From Octopus vulgaris (Eukaryota), in contig OX597817.1 in assembly GCA_951406725.2 (NCBI GenBank), positions 55,366,001-55,430,000 of the forward strand: 64,000 nt of DNA, in the 5' to 3' direction. Of this stretch, positions 12,153 to 25,714 are shown in pieces. Below the pieces are notes generated by a model. That model had not been told where the DNA came from and did not search any database. It saw nothing but the letters and a program-made list of their open reading frames with translations. The number at the start of each line of letters is the position of its first letter. Positions within the stretch are counted from its first letter, which is position 1. The translations under genes and the position numbers were made by a program.

Positions 12153-12274
12153 CGTACCACTAACGTGATGACCAGCACTACTTCCACAACTTCCACCGCC
12201 ATCACAACCACTACCACCACGATCACATTCATCACTACCGCTCTCACTAATACCACTGCTACCACGACTCCAAC

Positions 12275-12765
12275 TAACATCACAACTCGCACATACATCA
12301 CAACCACCAGCAATATCACAACCACCACTACGAGTACGATCAACGCCATCATCACAACCACCGATAACCTCTCGTCCACCAACAATCTCACAACCACCAC
12401 CAACAACATCACAACCACCAACAACTTCACAACGACCACCAACATCACAAACACCAGCAACTTCACAACCACCACCAACATCACAACCACCACCAACATC
12501 ACAACCACCACCAACTTCACAACCACCACCAACATCACAACCCCCAACAACATCGCAACCACCAACAACATCACAACCACCACCAACATCACAAACACCA
12601 GCAACTTCACAACCACCACCAACATCACAACCACCACCAACATCACAACAACCAACAAAATCACAACCACCAGCTACTTCACAACTACCAACAACATCAC
12701 AACAACCAGCAATGTTACAACCCCTCCCAACCTCACAACCACCAACAACTTCGCAACACAACCAT
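12275..12765. repeat. 18-bp minisatellite AAC(A/T)TCACAACCACCA(C/A/G)C
   Basis: More than 20 units; 144-bp higher-order duplication (12441 vs 12585); stop-free frames on both strands. Confidence 0.9.
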
Positions 12766-13052
12766 CAACACCCTAACTGCTACACTACTGTCCACTACAG
12801 CTTCAACTAACACGATTCTGTCTACCACAACTACTACTGCCTACTCTGTCAGTTGGATTAGCACACGCGGACACACAGACATAATATTCACATATGCAGA
12901 AACACTCGCAGATACGTTATAACATACATACAAACCTGCATATGTGCATATATACACATCCACCCATACTGGCGTATATACGCATACACACACACACACA
13001 CACACCAACACATACACACACACACAAACACATATATATGCATATATGGATG

Positions 13053-13085
<33 letters not shown>

Positions 13086-13348
13086 ATATGCATAAATATA
13101 TATATATCCATATATATACATTGTGTATAAATTTGTCTGTGAGTGTGTGTGTGTATTTAAACTCTTTAAATAGTTTCAGCTTTAAAGCTGCGGTCATACT
13201 GGAGCACCACCTTGAAAAAGAAATATCATATACCTACGACTGGAGGTATATATACACATATATGTGTGCGTGTATGTGTGTGTGTACACACATACACACA
13301 CATATATATATATATGTGTGTGTGTGTGTATGGGTGTGTGAGTATTTA

Positions 13349-13388
<40 letters not shown>

Positions 13389-13421
13389 TTGTGTGTGTAC
13401 ATATATATGTGTGTGTGAGTG

Positions 13422-13536
<115 letters not shown>

Positions 13537-13607
13537 CGTATATATATATATATATATGTATATATATTTATACATATATATATATATATGTATAAATATT
13601 TATACAA

Positions 13608-13678
<71 letters not shown>

Positions 13679-13754
13679 TTATACATATATGTATATATAT
13701 ATGTATATGTATGTATATATATATGTATATATATATATGTGTATATGTATGTAT

Positions 13755-13786
<32 letters not shown>

Positions 13787-14397
13787 GTATGTATGTAGGT
13801 ATGTATGTAGTTGTCAAACTCACGATTCATATTTGCACGCACAGACACGTGCGCGCGTGCGTACAGACATGATAAAAACACACACACCCGCTGCGTCTGT
13901 ACTTGGTCATCTGAACTGCTAGAGATAGCAGCCAAATCACTCGACTTCATCAAATTTATTAGCACTTGATAATAAACAAGACTGATATATTGGATTACAT
14001 AGAGTAGAAAAATAATTAAGAGGATGGTCATATCTGGAGGGCTTGTAATTATAGGTCGAGGGACAGTGATCGGGGCTAATTATGGCGTAAACAACAATAA
14101 TAATATTAGGAGAATTCACAATGACATACACACATGCATATATGCATGATTACATATATGCATATACGGATATACATGTGTGCATAAATACATGTGTGCA
14201 TAAATACATACATGCATGCACACAACATACATATACATACATAAATCCAATTAGTCATACATTCATGTGTATGTACGTACATATATGACATTATACATTA
14301 CACACATACATATTCGCATACATATATTTGTGTATGTGTACATATATATATACATATAAACACACATATATATGTATGTATATGTAAATATATATAT

Positions 14398-14460
<63 letters not shown>

Positions 14461-14488
14461 CATACATTTATAAATATATATGTATATA

Positions 14489-14848
14489 TTCTTTACTTGT
14501 TTCAGTCATTTGACTGTGACCATGCTGGAGCACCGCCTCTAAGTCGAACGAGTCGACTACTGGATTTATTCTTTGAAAGCCTAGTACTTAATTCATCGGT
14601 CACTTTTGCCGAACCGCTATGTTACGGGGACGTAAACACAGCAACACCGGTTTTCGAGTGGTTGTTATGAGGGGCAAATACACACACATAACAAGCTTCT
14701 TTCAGTTTCCATTAACCAAACCTACTCAGAAGCGATTGGTAGGCCCATGGCTAGACCAAAAGACACTTCCCCAAGCTGCCACGCAGTGAGACTGAACTAG
14801 AAACCATAGGTTTGCGAAGCAAACTACTAACCACTCAACCACGACTGC
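14489..14848 (-). mobile_element. SINE family B (diverged)
   Basis: CTTTTACTTGTTTCAGTCATTTGACTG...AGACACTTCCCCAAG...GACTGAAC on the plus strand. Confidence 0.8.
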
Positions 14849-14886
14849 ATATATACATATATATGTATATGTTTATAGATAGATAA

Positions 14887-14945
<59 letters not shown>

Positions 14946-15318
14946 CATGCGTGCGTCGTTGATGTTTCTATGGATCTGCCATATGTCTGTATGTGTCTGC
15001 GTTTCTGGGGGAGCGTACATATGTCTCTGTGAAAGATGTGCATTTATGTATTTATGTATGCATGTATGTACCTGTAAGGAAGTATTTTGCAAAATATATA
15101 GTTGTGTATGTGTTTACGTGTATAATCGTGTGTATATGAAATATTCATTATACGGTTCCATAAATGCATGAATATATATATTTGCGTATAATGCATCTAT
15201 GCATATATATGTATATATGTATATATACATAGGTGCATATATATATATATATATATACATGCATACGTATATACATACATATATATATGAAAAAAAAAAA
15301 ATATATATATATATATAC

Positions 15319-15988
<670 letters not shown>

Positions 15989-15994
15989 ATATAA

Positions 15995-16171
15995 CTCCTA
16001 ACACCAGTCGTTTTTTCTCTATCTCCGTGGTGATCTTTTTTCCTCTCTTCCTTCTTTATGTTTCCGACGAAGAGCTGCTCGAAACGTCATACCTCCCTGC
16101 TTCCATTTCCTATATTAATAATAATACTGTAATTGTTCCATTGTCGTTGTTTTTTGTTTCCCGTTTGGATT

Positions 16172-16173
<2 letters not shown>
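15995..16173 (+). mobile_element. Short TA-flanked element with minimal hammerhead-like motif (16060-16092)
   Basis: gttt-CCGACGA-agagctgctc-GAAA-cg-TC-atac; ends GGATTAA then (TA)n. Confidence 0.65.
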
Positions 16174-16220
<47 letters not shown>

Positions 16221-16814
16221 GTGAGAAAGTTGGTGTGTGAAAGCACGTGGTTGGATATATAAAACAAGCCTTCTGTAGTTTTTTCACTTTTTACTATTTA
16301 TATATATATATATATATATATACACCCAAACATTTGCACAGATTAAACAACATAGACACACACATACATATATTCATACAGAACATAAACAGACCAGTTT
16401 ACACACAAACACTAGCACACCTACTGCACATACTCACACGCACACACACCAGTTACACAGAAATATCACTTGCGCACGCCTAGTTTGCACATATATTCCA
16501 TAACACACATCGTTCGCAAAAAAAAAACTCAAACACGCAGCTATATATTTGACCAGAATCACACATACATACACACACACATGCAATTATTTGCAGAAGT
16601 ATTCTAAAAAAGCTCACCACTTTATACACACTAGTTCAGAAACTCTAGTTACATATATAGATTACACATACATATACATACACACATTCATTCACACATG
16701 CATATGTGTGTTTATATGTATGTATATATTTATAGTGATATATATATGTGTAAATATGCATATGCATATGCATATATATATATATGTATATACTTATATA
16801 TATATACGAATATT

Positions 16815-16877
<63 letters not shown>

Positions 16878-16968
16878 ATATATATACAAAAAATTCAGGG
16901 TGAATACTTGATAACTGTAAGTACCTGTATATGCCAGCTTGTAGCATAGGTGAGAGGATATATTTATA

Positions 16969-17009
<41 letters not shown>

Positions 17010-17993
17010 TATATATATGTGTGTGTATATACATGTATATACATATATATATACATATATATATATATATATGTATCTATATACATATATGTATATACTT
17101 ATATATATATAACCCAAGTTATACACAAATGACGTACACACACACTCGTTTCTCTCTCTCTCTTTTTTCAGTCTCTCTCACTCTCTCTCCTACACACAAA
17201 GATTACATATACACAATATTCTTAACAAACGTATGAACGAATGCAGACACATACACACACACACATTCACCCACGCGCGCACACACACACACACTAATGC
17301 CCTCATGTATGCACTTTTACATTCAAACTTATAGATAGCATGTACGTGCGCACACACTAGCACACACACAAACACACACACACACAGACATATACGTGAC
17401 TGGATTAACCATGTCACAATACAATCACGTGCTTATAGGATTAAGTATGGGCGGGGGTACCCTATAGAGTGTGTTTCCACTACCCGGTTTACCTCGGTAC
17501 CAATCGCAAATGGCAACAGAGCTGTTTTCAAATTTAATTAAATAAAAGTAAAAACGAACAGCTTACGAAAATTTACATTTGTTTCAAATGTTTTAATTGT
17601 AAATAAATAATTTAATTATATCGCTAACTGCTAATTAATTTGAAATAATAAAATTATACTCCAAAAAGAAAAGCAGATTTCATTAAATATAATTGCAGGG
17701 GTCTGGCCTACGGTTTCGCTGGGAAGAAAGAAAGATTCCCAGTAAATATTCAAACGTTTAATGTTTTAATGGGTTTTCGAAAAATATCAGGGTGAAGGGG
17801 CAGGGACAATTACAGGGCTGTAATAGGGACATCCCTGAGACTTAATCCACTGTCAACTATACATGGACCATATATATATATATATTAGCATTCAGTATGT
17901 TGTAAATATCCTTGTATATAGATACAATATATATATATATATATATATACAATATACATATACAACTAGAAAATATACATATACAGATATATG

Positions 17994-18049
<56 letters not shown>

Positions 18050-18106
18050 CGTAAATGTATGTGTACATATGTATATATATATCATACGTGACCACACACA
18101 CACACA

Positions 18107-18180
<74 letters not shown>

Positions 18181-18389
18181 TATGCATATCTATCAATCTA
18201 TGTAGGTATATATGTGTATATGTGTATCAGCTCGCCAGCTTTACTCTTATAGCCACACTTGACCCCAAAGACCCAGTGCCAAAATGGAAAATCCGAAGTT
18301 TAAGTTCAAATCATTCCAGCACTACAACATATTTCTATACAAAACAGATTTAACTCTCAACCTGTGACTGTCGACCATACATACATACA

Positions 18390-18420
<31 letters not shown>

Positions 18421-18493
18421 CTATATCTATCTATCTACATATCTATATATATGTATATATACACATATATATATGTATGTATATGTATATATA

Positions 18494-18543
<50 letters not shown>

Positions 18544-18551
18544 TATGTATA

Positions 18552-18707
<156 letters not shown>

Positions 18708-18708
18708 T

Positions 18709-18818
18709 TAATCTTGTGTCTCAGCTCAGAGCTGCGGCCATGCTGATGCACCGCCGTTTTGTGCTACACTATATGTATATGTATATGTATATATATGTAT
18801 ATGTATGGATATGCATGT

Positions 18819-18849
<31 letters not shown>

Positions 18850-18907
18850 TATATATATATGTATGTATACATATATATGTGTATGTGTATGTTTAAACAT
18901 GCATGTA

Positions 18908-18943
<36 letters not shown>

Positions 18944-18966
18944 TGTATGTATATATAAATATATGT

Positions 18967-19010
<44 letters not shown>

Positions 19011-19045
19011 ACATACATACATACATATATATATATATATATGTA

Positions 19046-19081
<36 letters not shown>

Positions 19082-19105
19082 TATTATATATATATGTATG
19101 TATGT

Positions 19106-19154
<49 letters not shown>

Positions 19155-19531
19155 CACAAATCGATCTCAAGACTTATTCTTTGTAAGCCTAGTACTTATT
19201 GTATAGGTCCCTTTTTGTCGAACCACTAGCTAACTGTGATGTAAATACACCAGCATCGGTTGTCCAGTGACGAGGCTGTGGAGTAGAGAAAAAGACAAGA
19301 CTCACAAACCTATATATGTATATATATATATATATATATATACGTGTACACACACATACATATATATATATACGACGGGCTTCTTTTAGTTTCCGTCTAC
19401 CAAATCAAAACACAAGGCTTTGCTGGAACCGAGGTTATAGCAGCAGACACTAGCCCAAGTTGCCACGCAGTGGCAGTGAACCCGGAACCATGTGATCGGG
19501 AAACATACTTCCTAATATACAGGCACGCCTG
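18709..19531 (-). mobile_element. SINE family B interrupted by expanded (TA)/(TATG) microsatellites
   Basis: Tail stub at 18709-18756; body at 19160-19531. Confidence 0.7.
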
Positions 19532-19532
19532 C

Positions 19533-19585
<53 letters not shown>

Positions 19586-19711
19586 ACTATATACTTGTCT
19601 CTATCTCTCTATATATACATATATATATACATATATTCTCACACTCACATACAAACGCCCGCGCGCACACACACGTACACATACACACATACATACCCTC
19701 ATACACACGCG

Positions 19712-19744
<33 letters not shown>

Positions 19745-19809
19745 GTATATATATACCTGTTCTTACATACACGTATGAATCGAGCACTCTAAGAGGGGAA
19801 TTCTATCTT

Positions 19810-20025
19810 AGTTAATGATTCTGCTAGAAAGAGCAGCCACATATCTTTTTCAAATCACACTACCATTTTTTAAAGAGGTACAAGCTCGATAATGTAATCA
19901 TAGGACCACTGACTCCAGAAACAAATATAAAGAAAACACTGCGAGATGGCCACGGCTGGAATAGCTTTTCATCATATGTCTGCTCACTGGAGACTGGGGG
20001 TTAAACTGGGACTCAAAACAACTTT
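19810..20025 (+). repeat. Old interspersed repeat family D (other copies ~13895-13945, 22430-22625, 51505-51700)
   Basis: Shared CTGCTAGA(A/G)A.AGCAGCCA.ATC and GAGATGG(C/T)CACGGCTGGAA motifs; (CAA)-like 3' end. Confidence 0.55.
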
Positions 20026-20192
20026 AGAAATCCACCAGATGAATGAGGGCCATCGCATTATATTCCCACGAAACTAATAACATACGCTCACGCGCACGCA
20101 CACACACAGTGTATACATACATATATGCATGTATCTATATCTGTCTATATGTGTGCGTGTGTGTGAGCATATATATATATATATATATACAT

Positions 20193-20225
<33 letters not shown>

Positions 20226-20230
20226 CATGT

Positions 20231-20626
20231 GGCGCAGGAGTGGCTGTGTGGTAAGTAGCTTGCTAACTAACCACATGGTTCCGGGTTCAGTCCCACTGCG
20301 TGGCATCTTGGGCAAGTGTCTTCTGCTATAACCCGGGCCGACCAATGCCTTGTGAGTGGATTTGGTAGACGGAAACTGAAAGAAGCCTGTCGTATATATG
20401 TATATATATGTGTGTGTGTTTGTGTGTCTGTGTTTTTCCCCCTAGCATTGCTTGACAACCAATGCTGGTGTGTTTACGTCCCCGTCAGTTAGCGGTTCGG
20501 CAAATGAGGCCGATAGAATAAGTACTGGGCTTACAAAGAATAAATCCCGGGATCGATTTGCTCGACTAAAGGCGGTGCTCCAGCATGGCCACAGTCAAAT
20601 GACTGAAACAAGTAAAAAGAGTAAAA
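20231..20626 (+). mobile_element. SINE family B, near full length
   Basis: GGCGCAGGAGTGGCTGTGTGGTAAG...GGTTCAGTCCC...CTTGGGCAAGTGTC...CAAATGACTGAAACAAGTAAAAAG. Confidence 0.9.
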
Positions 20627-20800
20627 AAAGATATATATATATATATACATATATATACACATATATATATATTTATATATAGGGAGAGTTTACGAAAAAA
20701 ATATATATAAATATATATATTTATAGATATGAATATATATATATAAATATATATATGTATATTTATATATATATACATATATATAAATATATATATTTAT

Positions 20801-20835
<35 letters not shown>

Positions 20836-20837
<2 letters not shown>

Positions 20838-20983
20838 TGCATGCTTGGCTGCGTGGTAAGATGCTTGTTTCCCAACCATATGGATCCGGGGGTTCAGTTC
20901 CACTGCATGGCACCTTGGCAAGTGTCATCTGTTGCAGCCACATTCTGAATGGATTTGGTAGACGGAAACTGAAAGAATCCCGT

Positions 20984-21075
<92 letters not shown>

Positions 21076-21223
21076 TGTGTCCACCCCCACCCCCACAATC
21101 GGCTGACAAGCGGCGTTTCGGCAAAAGTGACCGATAGCATATGTGCTAGGCTTACAAACAATAATGTCGATTTGTTCGACTAAAGGTAGTGCTCCAGCAT
21201 GGCTCCAGCCAAATGACTGAAAC
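20836..21223 (+). mobile_element. SINE family B with internal deletions
   Basis: Same head, CORE-like segment and tail; internal (TA)(TG) expansion. Confidence 0.85.
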
Positions 21224-21393
21224 AAATGGAGGAAAAAATGAAAAAGAAAATATATTTATACGTATACACACACACACATACACACACATATATATATAAA
21301 TGAATATTTAGTTTGGTAAGTGAAGGCACACGAAACTCTCGTCTCTTGAGTCACGTTGTAGCTTCTGCCACATAATATCCAAATTCGTACGTG

Positions 21394-21429
<36 letters not shown>

Positions 21430-21504
21430 TAAGAAATTACACATGAACCATACACACCAGTTACACATAACAAGCATAAACGCTGCATAATACAAACACA
21501 TGCA

Positions 21505-21538
<34 letters not shown>

Positions 21539-21915
21539 ACACACACACACACCGAGCGCGCGCACAAAAAAACACGCACAAACAAATATACACACAAAAC
21601 TGACGCATACATACAAACACATACAGTATCCCCTTCAACACAGACACACACACACACACGCAGTAGATAAATACATTCACAAACACACACATGCCTATAC
21701 ATATGACACACACATTCAACGACCACACGTACACAACACTCATAAACATACTGTGCCAACACATGCATGTCGCACTAACAAATATAACACACACACAACA
21801 CATACACAACACACACACACACACACACGCACACTCACACACACACACACACACACATCGAACTAACCACGTGCAAATTTTCGTTCGCTTTAATCTGTTG
21901 TTTGTTAAACTTTCG

Positions 21916-22400
<485 letters not shown>

Positions 22401-22789
22401 CGGAGCTGTTACGAACAAATCATGCATTTTGCTTGTGTGGTTGACCTGCTGAAATAATAGTCAAATTTATCACAATCACATCTTTCTCTTTAAAAGATAC
22501 AGTGAGTTCAGAGACATTGTTTCTGGGAGGAAAAAGAACGAGAGATGGTCACGGCTGGAAAAAACATTTTTGCACAGGACTGCCTGACCCGAGATGACCT
22601 GTGGCTAAGCAGCAACAACGACAGCAATAGAAGCAACCTCGTATAACGAGTCCATATTTTCCCGTACGGAACATAGGATCGATTTCTTGTTTACTATGGT
22701 GTATATATATTCCTTCTGGGACGGGACGTCGGTCCATCTCAAGGTTACTCATTTTTACTGGAGTTAAGTGAAATGAAGAACCCCACACA

Positions 22790-23598
22790 TCCTGGTTACC
22801 TCGACCGCCAGGTGCATCTCAGGGGGTGCTTCTCTCTATAACTCCACCGGTTTACAAGCGGTTGTTCAAAGTAGGGCCATTTACACGAGCTACCCTCGCC
22901 ACATTCACTCACCTTTCAACAAATATACTAGTGGTGGTGCTGGTGGTGGGGGTGCAATACTTCCCTGTCCCCCCTCACTTTCCTTTTCAAGTGGAACTTG
23001 AAAAAGTCGATGAGGGTTCGGCCGAAGTGGAAAGTATCCCAGTCCTTTCAATATCATCCAACACACTACATCGTTCGCCATAGACACCAGACAGAAGAAT
23101 ACTGCCTTTCTTTCCCGGGCACAAACAGGCGCCAGGTCGACCTTCACGATGGACTCCAGATCCCTTCCACACGCACCCCTGCAGATGCGTGTAAGAGGGA
23201 TCTCTTCAACAAAGCTCCACAGGTCAGTAATACCCGAACACTAGCCGAGTGCATGCAGGATGGTTTTGCCGCCCAGTGCACATCTCGGACCTGTGCAAAC
23301 CATCTGCCAGCACTTCCGTGTCTGTAGAGCTTGTCTCGAACCAGCAGAGCCCCCCGGTCGCACTGTCAGACAGGGGAATTCTGAAAGTTATCCATAAGCC
23401 CTGGCTCGAAAGACCAGATAATTGATCCCCCCAGACGCCGAGAGTTTCCCCGGGGGACGTCGTTGCCCGTCACTAACCCCTATATAGCCGCATAGCGGAA
23501 CTTCCACCAACACCGTTGACTAACCTGCGGAAAGCTGTGAGGACTTGACGACACTCCAGGTGCCAGGCGCTCTTTCTTGGTCTACGCTTGATCCAGGA
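22790..23598 (-). mobile_element. L1/Tx1-like LINE, ORF2 C-terminal remnant (zf-RVT region)
   Basis: Frameshifted translation includes MDNFQNS..QCDRGALLVRDKLYRHG, (C)PRCA...TILHAL, FFCLVSMA, LIDFFKFHLKRKVR. Confidence 0.7.
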
Positions 23599-23604
23599 CT
23601 GATA

Positions 23605-24060
23605 ATAATTAAAGAAACCATACTCTAACATATGTGAAAACTCACAGTTAGAGAAATCAAGGCTAATAAAACCTGATATAGCTATCAGAGATCATCAAAA
23701 AAGAATGCCTTTTATTGATGTAGCAGTCCCAACAGATGACAATGTATCCTTAAAAGAAACGGAGAAACTCTTAAAATACGAACATCTGGAAATAGATATA
23801 TCCCGAATGTGGAGTCTAAAGACTTATAATAAAAGGTGTATAAGATATAATTAAAAACATAACCAAAACACCAGGACTCACACATATATATAACATACAG
23901 TAAATAGCACTACTAGGCAGCGAACACATCCAAAGTAAAGAACTTTTAGTACAGTAACGATAACAACACCAAATCTAACCACAGCAGATACCCAAGGCAC
24001 ACAAAGCTGCGCTCGCTAGCGCAGTGAAAGCACGTGATAAAATAAGAACTGAATAATAAT
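23605..24060 (+). mobile_element. R4/Dong-like LINE 3' fragment (RLE endonuclease), with short TAA runs at both ends
   Basis: KPDIAIRDHQKRMPFIDVAVPTDDNVSLKETEKLLKYEHLEIDISRMWSLKT (PD..D..K..KY motif); starts after GATAATAAT and ends GAATAATAAT. Confidence 0.8.
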
Positions 24061-24395
24061 AAAAATGGAGTGTCATCCAATATAGATGACGAGTATCTCC
24101 ACCGTACTGAATCTTTAAAAGAGTTGACGAAACCATTGGCCACAAGATGAAAAAATGCCCTCAACTTACTCTAAACCAATATAAGCTTAGTGAAACGTTA
24201 AGGTAGAGGAAGTGCCACATTGGATAATGTGTAATATGAGGGAGGAGTGGTCTAGAGAGTTGCAAGACATGGTATAAGCACAAATCACAGTGACTGATGG
24301 AGTCGAAGACTTGCAATATCTTGTGATATTTCCGATTCCAAACGGACCAGGTGCTGGCGCACAACAAGCTCAAACCAGTAGTGTCCTCCGGTAGC

Positions 24396-25260
24396 ACTGT
24401 CAGGCCAAGGACATCTGGAAATTATCTATAATAGTTCCCGACGGGTAAGTCCTCCGGAACAGACTAGCCAGTTCGTTCTCTTCAGCGCCCAGATTCTCTC
24501 CGAGAGCGTCGTCGCTCTTCTTCGCTACTAACCCTCTATAAATTTCTAAAGCGGAACATCCACCGATCCCATTGCCCAACTGGTAGATGGCTGTGAACAC
24601 CTGATGACATTTTAGGTGCCAGGCACCCAGTCTCGGTCTTCGCTTCACCCACGACTGCAGCTCCGTCAAGGAGATGAGCAGCGGAAAGACGAGTCTCACA
24701 AACGGAGCTCACACGCTCACCGTTCAGAAATCGTTTCAGGTTGCGTATTCTAAGAGCCACAGCATACCTAATCTGCTACTCAGAGGATGCTGGCAACAGA
24801 TTGACTGCCAGACCACTGGAACGCATCCCTTCCACAAGAATATAAATAAGAGATGCTCCAACATGGTCAAGCAGTAACCAGGAAAAGGGACGACGGTCAG
24901 GCAATAAAAGATAACACAGGTAAGGTAAACATTCGTTAACTCTGCCCGGCCTTTCAGGGACAACATTCTTTCAGCCTATTTCTGTGTAAGACCGGCCAGC
25001 CAGTTCGTCACTCCGTCCCAGTTCTTATCAACTTGGAGGTCGGGACCAAATCAGACCTCGAGTACTTTAACTGGTCCGCCGGTCCAGCGTCCGATGGCAT
25101 CGTCCTGCCTCTCCAGGAGCCTAACCGCAAACCAACCGATTTGTCGGCGCTGATTTTATCCCCTGCAACCAACTGATATTCCTCTAGAATGGTGCTGACC
25201 GGCTCCGACATCATGACGGTGACATCGTCCTCGTAGGCTGACGCTGCTCTTCCTTGTCTC
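24396..25260 (-). mobile_element. L1/Tx1-like LINE, ORF2 RT-to-thumb remnant
   Basis: SAYEDDVTV (YADD-like), LSLKGRAELTNVYL..VIFY, LFIFLWKG...CQHP...LGM; its 3' part is homologous to 23400-23598. Confidence 0.8.
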
Positions 25261-25377
25261 ATGTTTGAAATGGATGCTCCTTAACTGTCCCAACTTCCGC
25301 AAAAGTGACTTGAGTGCCAATACGTATAGAAAAGGCGACCGAGAGTGTAATGTGAAACGGCTCTGATAGGTGGCCAG

Positions 25378-25601
25378 TAATAATAAACGATTCTGTTAAA
25401 GGCGCTATGCCTAAAATTGTTGGGGAGGGGGCTAGTCGATTACAACGATCCCAATGTTTCACTGATACTTATTTTCTTGACCCCGAAAGGACGAAAAGGC
25501 AAAGTCAACCTCGGCGGAATTTGAACTCAGAACGTAGCGACGGGCGAAATCCCGCTAAGCATTTCAGCTGGTGTGCTAACGATTTTGCCACCTCGCCGCT
25601 T
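25378..25601 (-). mobile_element. SINE family A
   Basis: Reverse complement of GGCGAG.TGGCA...GAGTTCAAATTCCGCCGAGGTTGACTTTGCC... Confidence 0.85.
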
Positions 25602-25616
25602 TAAAATTTGCTCCAT

Positions 25617-25668
<52 letters not shown>

Positions 25669-25714
25669 CAACAACAACATCAAAAACAACAACAACAACA
25701 ATAATAATTATAAT

